Shown here: positions 18,846 to 26,452 of the stretch, in pieces
Position numbering within the stretch: the first letter of the stretch is position 1
How the letters are laid out: each line of letters starts with the position of its first letter
Source of the DNA: Chitinophaga pinensis
GTDB lineage: Bacteria > Bacteroidota > Bacteroidia > Chitinophagales > Chitinophagaceae
Length of the DNA stretch: 64,000 bases
Assembly (NCBI GenBank): GCA_945876095.1
Contig: CAMCMP010000011.1
Span: 44,448-108,447 of the forward strand
Direction of reading: 5' to 3'
Program-made: the position numbers and the translations under genes
The notes under the pieces: generated by a model
Databases searched by the model: none
Told to the model about the DNA's origin: nothing
What the model saw: only the letters and a program-made list of their open reading frames with translations

Positions 18846-21119
18846 ATGGTAGCCAATATATCCAAGAATCAATTAAATAACACTCCTGATAAAGGGAAAG
18901 TTAATTCCAATCAAAACACTTCAACTACTTCACTTAGCTCTCCTGTTTCACAATTATTGAAAAAAGATAGTTCAGAAGTTAATGACCAGCTAAATAGTGG
19001 TTCTAAATCTTTGAAAAGCATACAATTTTTTGGGGAAAATGAAAATCATCAAAATAATCCTACTAGTTCAATAGCATTAAATTCTTCTCCATCTTTTCCA
19101 CCAATTCAGCGCAAAGGTTCAACTGATCATTCGCCGAAGGCTGCTGGTTCTGCTAATAAAACTGGATTGCCTGATGGTCTAAAATCAGGTGTAGAGGCTT
19201 TATCAGGCATGTCTCTAGATGGTGTAAAGGTTCATTATAATTCAAGTGCTCCTGCTCAATTACATGCGCATGCTTATGCACAAGGAACAAATATACATGT
19301 AGCACCAGGACAAGAAAAGCATTTGCCTCATGAGGCTTGGCATGTAGTACAACAAAAACAAGGTAGAGTTCAAGCTACCAAACAAATGAAGGGGGAAGTG
19401 CCAGTAAATGACGATGCTGGATTAGAAAAAGAAGCAGATGTGATGGGTGCAAAAGCGGTGCAAATGGCTGCCAAGGAGAATGGTGGTGTAGTACAACAAA
19501 TATCTTCTTCTAATAATGCGGTAGCTCAGTTGGGAATGTTTGATTGGATGAAATCGATGTATAAAGGGGCGAAGAGGATGTTGGGTTTTGGGGAGGAAGA
19601 GAAGAAAAAGGAAAAGTTTGTTGGAGTAAATCCTTGGAAAACTGAAGAAAATCAAAATGTAATAAATGATAAATATCAAGAGAAAATAGACGAAAAGGTA
19701 AAAGAAAGAAATCATCAAACTTTATTTGAAAATTTACCGTTTAATCCAGCAATTGAAGATACTGAACCAGCTAAAGGACAGGATTTAAGTATAATTCCAA
19801 AAGGTAAGGTAGAAGGTATTAAAAAAGGTATTGTTGTTGCAGATGGCGAAAAGGGTGAAGCTGATAATGATAGAAAAAATGATTTAGAAAAACATTTTAA
19901 AGAAAAAATCCGTCGGCAAGAGCTTGTATCAAAGCAAAAACATGGTCAAGGAATGGCAGAGCAAATTGCTAAAGGAGGAGACGGTAATAATGAGAATGTT
20001 GATAATTTCACTAAGGACGAAGTAGCACCTGAAGCGATGTCGCAAAATTTAATGGATCTGGTAAGTCTGACTAAGTACGATGATACTGCTTCGGCTAGTG
20101 TTCTTGAATTAGCAAATGGTGGTAGCGATCTTAGTGACCAAGATATGTGGAACCTTATAGTCGTCAACTCAAAGCTTATGTCATACATTAAGGAAGGAAT
20201 GACAGTTAATAAAATTATTCCAGACGAAACAGTTAAACATGTCATAAAATACAAGCAGACTAGCGCTGATAGGACTGATGATGAGAAGGATTATGATAAA
20301 AAGAGAAAAGTTACTAAGATTGGCGGATCTGTTGCCCATGAGATGAATTATAACCAAGGACTCACTGGGGAAGAGTCTACTGCAAATTTTGGACTTGATT
20401 ATTCTGGTTATAAATCTGATACTTTGAGATCGGATGGTACTTCGATTCTTGACAACCAGTGGGAAAATAGAAAGAATACTGACAAAGAACTCGCTCATAG
20501 CGATTATGTTTTCGATGCTGCAGCGGATGAAAAAGGTCGGACTTTAAAAGCTGTACCAAATGTATTTTATATGAAAGTAGCAATACCCGCAGTGAATTTA
20601 CCTGACGTTAAAGTTCCAGTCCACGGATATGTCCAGAACTGGGCTAATAATAAGTTACATGAAATCCAAACAATCATGGGGAATCCAAATGAATTGTTAT
20701 TATTAGCAACAAGTTTAGGTGCGAAAAATTCAAATGAGATGAGTGAATCTTTAACCAAAAAGCTTGCTATTTTGAATCTATTTAATGAAAGAAGTAAGGT
20801 GGATAAAGGTATGTTGACAACACTTACAGCTGATAAGAAGAAAAATAAGGAAGATCCTTTAACGAATATGGGCATGACAAAGCCTAGCTCAAGATTACAA
20901 ACTGAATTTGGTACTATTAACCAAGAGTATCATATTGGATTATTTGATGTTCCAGAAGGATCTGGACTTTGGCTAAAGGATGCAACTGGCGTTGATACTC
21001 TAGTAGGCCAATTTGTCCAAAATCCCAATAATTCCAATCAAATTGAGTGGGGGAGTTTAGATGAAAATATAATTAATAAGAAACTTACAGAAAATTCGGA
21101 TTTGAGAAAGAAGAAATAA
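18846..21119 (+). CDS. DUF4157-domain eCIS effector candidate 1 (757 aa) with an unknown C-terminal domain
   Basis: It has a polar N-terminal leader. The DUF4157 block is GLPDGLKSGVEALSGMSLDGVKVHYNSSAPAQLHAHAYAQGTNIHVAPGQEKHLPHEAWHVVQQKQGRV, with HExxH at nt 19329-19343. The ~530-aa C-terminus has no motif I recognise. Confidence 0.8.
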   Translation: MVANISKNQLNNTPDKGKVNSNQNTSTTSLSSPVSQLLKKDSSEVNDQLNSGSKSLKSIQFFGENENHQNNPTSSIALNSSPSFPPIQRKGSTDHSPKAAGSANKTGLPDGLKSGVEALSGMSLDGVKVHYNSSAPAQLHAHAYAQGTNIHVAPGQEKHLPHEAWHVVQQKQGRVQATKQMKGEVPVNDDAGLEKEADVMGAKAVQMAAKENGGVVQQISSSNNAVAQLGMFDWMKSMYKGAKRMLGFGEEEKKKEKFVGVNPWKTEENQNVINDKYQEKIDEKVKERNHQTLFENLPFNPAIEDTEPAKGQDLSIIPKGKVEGIKKGIVVADGEKGEADNDRKNDLEKHFKEKIRRQELVSKQKHGQGMAEQIAKGGDGNNENVDNFTKDEVAPEAMSQNLMDLVSLTKYDDTASASVLELANGGSDLSDQDMWNLIVVNSKLMSYIKEGMTVNKIIPDETVKHVIKYKQTSADRTDDEKDYDKKRKVTKIGGSVAHEMNYNQGLTGEESTANFGLDYSGYKSDTLRSDGTSILDNQWENRKNTDKELAHSDYVFDAAADEKGRTLKAVPNVFYMKVAIPAVNLPDVKVPVHGYVQNWANNKLHEIQTIMGNPNELLLLATSLGAKNSNEMSESLTKKLAILNLFNERSKVDKGMLTTLTADKKKNKEDPLTNMGMTKPSSRLQTEFGTINQEYHIGLFDVPEGSGLWLKDATGVDTLVGQFVQNPNNSNQIEWGSLDENIINKKLTENSDLRKKK

Positions 21120-21289
21120 CTAAGAAGTTACTTACTTAAACTATCAATTTAACAAACAAAACTATTTCAAAAATAATCCTATTCATTATTTTAATGATCA
21201 ATACATTTTGAGCTTGTTTTAAGAAAGTAACCTATCTTTTATTAGATCATCTAAAATGATTTTGATAAAACATTAGTTACAATCTATCC

Positions 21290-21532
21290 TCAGGATTATT
21301 AAATTAAAAAAATAGCAATCCATTATATGTTTTTGAAATGATTCAAAAGCTTTATAAAGAGTGTAGATTAGGACTAGCTTTTAATATGCTTTCAAAAGAA
21401 CCAGATAAAAATTCAATTTTAAATGGTTATGATAAAAATATAATTTTTTCTTTTTGCAAAACTTTAGCCCCTAAACGTAGTTTACACGTTAACCAATAAA
21501 TGAATGATTACTCTATTTTCCTGTTTCATTAA
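21290..21532 (+). pseudogene. decayed 5'-truncated methyltransferase paralogue
   Basis: It translates to PLYVFEMIQKLYKECRLGLAFNMLSKEPDKNSILNGYDKNIIFSFCKTLAPKRSLHVNQ*MNDYSIFLFH*. The intact gene has PLYIFEMIQKLFVGCRLGLAFNLLSKEPENNSLVNSYDKNMIFSFCKTLSPHCVLHDDYLENDYTIFMYHRP. The fragment has an in-frame stop and no N-terminal half. Confidence 0.75.
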
Positions 21533-21765
21533 GAGTATAATTTAAAATTTTACCTTTTATATTAAAATATTTTTTAAAGTAATTTCGATTTTATTTTAAA
21601 AAATATTTAAAACTTACATCTTTTTCAATAATTACCTATAATTAATTCTATAAATTATTGTAAAATTTTTAAAAATTGTTAATTTCATAATTTTTTTTTT
21701 TAATGCTTTGATTTTTAAAATATTAACATTTAAATTTACTAACTGTTTAATTTAAAAATTTAAGT

Positions 21766-23772
21766 ATGGTAACCCTCACCTCTAGAACAAAAAATAATAA
21801 TAATTCTGATAATAAGAAGAATACTTCTAATGGAATTGCACCAAGTGCTGCGCTCCCTTCTCCAGTAACGCAACTTTTTAGAGAGGATCAATCAGTTGAT
21901 GACTTCAAACAAGAAAATGGGTCATTGGCTACAAAAGATATTCATTCGTTTGGAGAGATTGGAATTCCTCCAAATAATAATTCAGGTTCAAAACAATTAA
22001 AATCTTCTCCATCATTCCCTGCTATTCAACGTAAGAGTTCAAATATTAATGCGCAGAAAACAGCACCAAATAATAAAACTGGATTACCAAATAATTTAAA
22101 ATTGGGTGTTGAACAGTTATCAGGTATCTCATTAGATGACGTAAAAGTTCACTACAATTCAAAAGAGCCTAAACAACTCAAAGCCCATGCTTATGCCAAA
22201 GGAACGGATATACATGTAGCGAGTGGTCAGGAGCAACATCTCCCTCATGAAGCCTGGCATGTGGTACAACAAAAGCAAGGTCGAGTTCAAGCTACCACTC
22301 AATTGAAAGGAAATGTCAATATTAATGACAATGCCTCACTAGAGAATGAAGCAACTCAAATGGGTAAAAAAGCTTTAAATAATAATATCCAAGATTCTAA
22401 AAAGTCGCTTAATAAAGCTTCTATTCAGACCCCTACTGCTCAATTGTGGTCATGGGGGGGATTGTGGGGTTCAGCTAAAGAAAAGGGCAAAAAAGTACTG
22501 AATGATGAAGTCCTTGGTGAAGTAAAGGATGAATTTTCATTGGGAAATAAAGCTGGTAAACAACTTGAAAGATTTGGTAATATGGCAATGGGTAAGGGAA
22601 ATGAACAAAATGCAGATCCCGGACAGGATGCAGAAGGCTCTTTTTGGTCGAAAATTAAAAAACCTGGAAAATATTATGAAGATGAAAGTGATGATCATCA
22701 AAAACATAAAGGTGGCTTTATGAAAGGGGCTGTTGGAGGCGCTCTAGGTACTGTTGGAGGACTTGCAGGTGGAGTATTAGGAGGACTTGCAGGAGGTGCT
22801 AAAGGTGCTGTTAATAGTATTGGTAATGGAATCAACAGTTTATCATCATGGTGGAATGGTAAACCAAATACAACTGAGAAAAAGCCTGGATTTTTTGAAT
22901 CAATGTGGAGTGGAGCTAAATCTGGAGGTAAAACAGGAAGAGATATAGGTAGAGTTGCTGGTTCTGGTATCGTAGATGGTACAAAAGCGCTTGCTGGAGG
23001 TGCCGCCGGACTAGCTACAGGGGCAGCTGGAGGAGTTGTAGGCGCATTAGGAGGTGTAGCACATGGTGCCTACAATAAATATCATGGAAAGGGTGATTTT
23101 TTTGATACTGTAAAAAAAGATGCTAAAGCTGGGGCTAAAGGAGGATTCAATGTTGGAAAAGGTGTTGTAGATGCAGGATTTGGATTAGTTGAAGAAGCTC
23201 CTGAATTGGCAATGAATTTGGGTAGAGGTGCTTTAGGGGCAGCTGGAGGAGTTGTAGGCGCATTAGGAGGTGTAGCACATGGTGCCTACAATAAATATCA
23301 TGGAAAGGGTGATTTTTTTGATACTGTAGGAAAGGATGCTAAAGCTGGGGCTAATTTTGGTGCAAACTCGAATTTAACTAGAAATGTTTTGGGTACTGCC
23401 GCCGTGGCTGGATCAACTCTTGCTGGTGGTTTATTGGGTGGACCAGCTGGACTAGCTGCTGGATATACTGCTGCCCATGCTAATTCTAGATATTGGGGTG
23501 CATCAAAATCACAAGCAGACATCTCAGCTTTAGTGAGTACTGCTGGTGGTGCAGCATCAGGACTAATTAATGCAGATCTTCCTGGACTTGGCAATGCTGC
23601 AATTCCAGAAGCTGCCTATTATTCTGCAAAGGGTGCAGCTACGCTTGGTAATGTCGGAACAGGTGTTGCTTTAAATCAGACTTATGAATCTTTGAAGAAA
23701 GATAATAATCCTGATGAAGTTAAAACAGATTGGGGGAGTATGTTAGAAATGGGCACAATACCTTTTAGTTAA
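21766..23772 (+). CDS. DUF4157-domain eCIS effector candidate 2 (668 aa) with a glycine-zipper-rich C-terminal domain
   Basis: It has the same leader plus DUF4157 module (HEAWHVVQQKQGRV). From ~aa 315 the sequence is Gly/Ala-rich (GAVGGALGTVGGLAGGVLGGLAGGAKGAV...) and contains an internal 72-aa duplication. Confidence 0.8.
   Translation: MVTLTSRTKNNNNSDNKKNTSNGIAPSAALPSPVTQLFREDQSVDDFKQENGSLATKDIHSFGEIGIPPNNNSGSKQLKSSPSFPAIQRKSSNINAQKTAPNNKTGLPNNLKLGVEQLSGISLDDVKVHYNSKEPKQLKAHAYAKGTDIHVASGQEQHLPHEAWHVVQQKQGRVQATTQLKGNVNINDNASLENEATQMGKKALNNNIQDSKKSLNKASIQTPTAQLWSWGGLWGSAKEKGKKVLNDEVLGEVKDEFSLGNKAGKQLERFGNMAMGKGNEQNADPGQDAEGSFWSKIKKPGKYYEDESDDHQKHKGGFMKGAVGGALGTVGGLAGGVLGGLAGGAKGAVNSIGNGINSLSSWWNGKPNTTEKKPGFFESMWSGAKSGGKTGRDIGRVAGSGIVDGTKALAGGAAGLATGAAGGVVGALGGVAHGAYNKYHGKGDFFDTVKKDAKAGAKGGFNVGKGVVDAGFGLVEEAPELAMNLGRGALGAAGGVVGALGGVAHGAYNKYHGKGDFFDTVGKDAKAGANFGANSNLTRNVLGTAAVAGSTLAGGLLGGPAGLAAGYTAAHANSRYWGASKSQADISALVSTAGGAASGLINADLPGLGNAAIPEAAYYSAKGAATLGNVGTGVALNQTYESLKKDNNPDEVKTDWGSMLEMGTIPFS
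21781..22449 (+). repeat. near-identical N-terminal module, copy A (shared with 24411-25075)
   Basis: Direct comparison by eye of the two nucleotide stretches shows only scattered substitutions plus one 6-nt (two-codon) indel in the run of Asn codons near the 5' end. Identity stops immediately after ...actgctcaattgtgg. Confidence 0.85.
23021..23354 (+). repeat. tandem duplication inside effector 2 (118-nt near-identical blocks, 216-nt period)
   Basis: 23021-23138 and 23237-23354 both read gggcagctggaggagttgtaggcgcattaggaggtgtagcacatggtgcctacaataaatatcatggaaagggtgatttttttgatactgta...gatgctaaagctggggctaa. Both encode GAAGGVVGALGGVAHGAYNKYHGKGDFFDTV. Confidence 0.9.
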
Positions 23773-23801
23773 AATTATACAATTAATAAATAAAATTTCC
23801 A

Positions 23802-24308
23802 ATGATATTAGAAATAAAAAAAATCTTAGAAGAAAACGATGTTGCTTATGTTTATCACCCGAAAAGTGAAAATCTTCCCGTTGATAAAATAGATATTGAA
23901 CTAATCATTGAAAATTATCCACCTAATCTTCCAAATAAAATTGAGTTAATCTTTGTTCCTGGCATCGAAGAAGCTACCAAAGGTTTAAGTCTACTTCAAT
24001 TTTATTCGATCCTCAATCTAAAAATAAATGAAAAAGAGGCTATTAAAGTTGATTTAATGAGATTGATGTCAGATATCAATTATACTCTAGCAGCTGGTGC
24101 ATTTATATTAAATCTAAATGAGGATAATATTTATTTGAAATACAATTTAGCTATAGACCAATCACAAGAAAATAAAGATTTGGAACTAAAAATATCTAGA
24201 ACAATATGGTTAATCAGTCGCCATTTTGATGTGTATACAAAATTGTTTGTTCAAATAAACAATGAAACTTTAACCTACAACGAAATAAAAACCAAAGGTA
24301 TTATTTAA
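23802..24308 (+). CDS. small cytoplasmic protein (168 aa), possibly a secretion-chaperone-like (CesT/YbjN-like) effector partner
   Basis: ORF track. It starts 30 nt after the effector 2 stop. No signal peptide or TM segment is visible. The pattern LLQFYSILNL...AAGAFILNLNEDNIYLKYNLAI...TIWLISRHFDVY resembles the beta-sheet/helix pattern of T3SS-type chaperones. This resemblance is a judgement by eye. Confidence 0.6.
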   Translation: MILEIKKILEENDVAYVYHPKSENLPVDKIDIELIIENYPPNLPNKIELIFVPGIEEATKGLSLLQFYSILNLKINEKEAIKVDLMRLMSDINYTLAAGAFILNLNEDNIYLKYNLAIDQSQENKDLELKISRTIWLISRHFDVYTKLFVQINNETLTYNEIKTKGII

Positions 24309-24394
24309 ATTTTCAGAAAAAAATAACTTTTAATATTATTTTTCGTTTTATTCACAAGTAGCGTTAAAAGTAGATTTTAAATTATTAATAACAA

Positions 24395-26437
24395 ATGGCA
24401 GCTTTCAGCTCTAGAACAAAAAAAAATAATTCTGATAATGAGAAGAATACTTCTAATGGAATTGCACCAAGTGCTGCGCTCCCTTCTCCCGTAACACAAC
24501 TTTTTAGAGAGGATCAATCAGTTGATGACTTCAAACAAGAAAATGGGTCATTGGCTATAAAAGATATTCATTCGTTTGGAGAGATTGGAATTCCTCCAAA
24601 TAATAATTCCGGTTCAAAACAACTAAAATCTTCTCCATCATTCCCTGCTATTCAACGTAAGAGTTCAAATATTAATGCGCAGAAAACAGCCCCAAATAAT
24701 GAAACTGGATTACCCAATAATTTAAAATCGGGTGTTGAACAGTTATCAGGTATCTCATTAGATGACGTAAAAGTTCACTACAATTCAAAAGAGCCTAAAC
24801 AACTCAAAGCCCATGCTTATGCCAAAGGAACAGATATACATGTAGCGAGTGGTCAGGAGCAAGATCTCCCTCACGAAGCCTGGCATGTGGTACAACAAAA
24901 GCAAGGTCGAGTTCAAGCTACCACTCAATTGAAAGGAAATGTCAATATTAATGACAATGCCTCACTAGAGAATGAAGCGACTCAAATGGGAAACAAAGCA
25001 TTGAATAATAATACCCAAGATTCTAAAAAGTCGCTTAATAAAGCTTCTATTCAGACCCCTACTGCTCAGTTATGGGGATTACCAAAATGGCTTGGAGGTA
25101 AGGATGAAGAAAAGGAAAAACCAAAAAATATTAATGATATTGTCGCAAATCATAGCAAAACAGGGCAAAAAGAAAAATTAGGAGAAACATCAAAAGAGGA
25201 TCTTTTAAAAAATAGATTGGCAGCCAGAAGGGCAGCCCTTAATGGAGAGGAAGTTGAAGATCAAGATACCAAAACTAATTCAGTAGAATCAATCCCGAAA
25301 GCCGCTGGGTTTAATAAAGATTTTCAATCAAAATTGGGAGGTATGATCTCTACGGATAAAAATGAACAATTGAATAAAAAAAGGGATGCCTTTGAAGGAC
25401 ATGCACTTAAACAATCAGCTTATGCAGATAGAGCTAAACCAGGTGAAGAAAATTCTTGGGGTTCATGGTTTAAAAGTAAAGCCAATGCTGTCGGAAGGGG
25501 AATGAATAATTTTAAAGAAGCAGGTAAGAGCAAAATTGGAAATACATGGCTAGGTAAAAAAATGGGTATTTCAGGTCTAAATAAAAATGAAAGAGATGCG
25601 GCTGATGCTAAATCTAATGAAATTTCTAGAGGAAACGATGTTATTAAGTCATACAATAAAGAGGGTGGAGAACTTGAGGGTCAAGCTTCAAAAATTGGAA
25701 TAGCAACAACAATTGGAGCATTCGTTGCAGGTAAAGCCCCTGTTGGGGGTAAAGTAGCGAAAAACTTAGTAAAAGCTGGAGGGTCTGCTGCTCAAGAAAA
25801 TAGATACAATAAGGCTTCAAATGCTTATAAAGAAGATAAACACGATGCACTTGTAAATATTGGATCAGAAGCTAAAGGTAAAGGTGTGGAATTAAAAGGA
25901 AAGCAAGCACATTTAGATAAGCAAGGACATCTTGCCGGAGCTGCTGGAGCATTAGTTGATGAGTTGAACCCATTGGGAAAATTAGATCATTTGGTACAAG
26001 AAGCAACAATGGGATATGTCAAATTGCCATCTGCTGAATTAGCCGCAAGAAATCTAGTTAAGGCTAAAAATTACAAGGAACAATCCAAAATAGATGAAGA
26101 GAGTAAGGGTGTTGATGCTGGCCAAGCGTTAGCATTTGCTCGACAAAATACGGGAGGAATTGATAGGAAAGCCTTCAATGAGCACAAAACTAAAAATAAA
26201 GGTCTTTTTGATGAATTGGGTTCCAAGTTTAATGATGGATCAACTATTTTATCCAAAGCAGGTATTTCAGAAAAGGATGATCCAAAATTAAAGGATGGAG
26301 TCTTAAAACATGTGGATAATTCCAAAAAAGAATCTAGTAAAAAAGAAAGTATTGGAATAAATGAAGATATGCTAGCTAGAATTAGAGGTATGCAGCCAGA
26401 AGATGATACTGAAAAAGATGAGGATAATGATTGGTAA
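24395..26437 (+). CDS. DUF4157-domain eCIS effector candidate 3 (680 aa) with a Lys/Glu-rich C-terminal domain
   Basis: The first ~227 aa are almost identical to effector 2, including HEAWHVVQQKQGRV. After TPTAQLW the sequence is unrelated. That part is hydrophilic with one Gly-rich hydrophobic stretch (IGIATTIGAFVAGKAPVGG). Confidence 0.8.
   Translation: MAAFSSRTKKNNSDNEKNTSNGIAPSAALPSPVTQLFREDQSVDDFKQENGSLAIKDIHSFGEIGIPPNNNSGSKQLKSSPSFPAIQRKSSNINAQKTAPNNETGLPNNLKSGVEQLSGISLDDVKVHYNSKEPKQLKAHAYAKGTDIHVASGQEQDLPHEAWHVVQQKQGRVQATTQLKGNVNINDNASLENEATQMGNKALNNNTQDSKKSLNKASIQTPTAQLWGLPKWLGGKDEEKEKPKNINDIVANHSKTGQKEKLGETSKEDLLKNRLAARRAALNGEEVEDQDTKTNSVESIPKAAGFNKDFQSKLGGMISTDKNEQLNKKRDAFEGHALKQSAYADRAKPGEENSWGSWFKSKANAVGRGMNNFKEAGKSKIGNTWLGKKMGISGLNKNERDAADAKSNEISRGNDVIKSYNKEGGELEGQASKIGIATTIGAFVAGKAPVGGKVAKNLVKAGGSAAQENRYNKASNAYKEDKHDALVNIGSEAKGKGVELKGKQAHLDKQGHLAGAAGALVDELNPLGKLDHLVQEATMGYVKLPSAELAARNLVKAKNYKEQSKIDEESKGVDAGQALAFARQNTGGIDRKAFNEHKTKNKGLFDELGSKFNDGSTILSKAGISEKDDPKLKDGVLKHVDNSKKESSKKESIGINEDMLARIRGMQPEDDTEKDEDNDW
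24411..25075 (+). repeat. near-identical N-terminal module, copy B (shared with 21781-22449)
   Basis: See copy A. Identity ends after ...actgctcagttatgg. Confidence 0.85.
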
Positions 26438-26452
26438 AATCAGAAGTTTAAA

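Noticed and set aside
19422-20875. Five minus-strand ORFs (68-105 aa) inside effector 1
   Set aside because: They are antisense frames of a Lys/Glu-rich AT-rich gene. They are overlapping, hydrophobic and low-complexity, with no start context.
23298-23594. 98-aa minus-strand ORF (Ala/Pro-rich)
   Set aside because: It is antisense to the Gly/Ala-rich part of effector 2. GCN/GGN codon runs give open antisense frames.
23802-24308. Reading the 168-aa ORF as a classic immunity protein
   Set aside because: This is not fully excluded but I down-weighted it. The protein is cytoplasmic and soluble-looking, whereas the partner toxin looks membrane-active. The other two effectors have no such partner. 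The chaperone/adaptor reading is kept as a hypothesis only.
25420-26325. Three minus-strand ORFs (68-84 aa) inside effector 3
   Set aside because: They are antisense artefacts within a continuous 680-aa frame.
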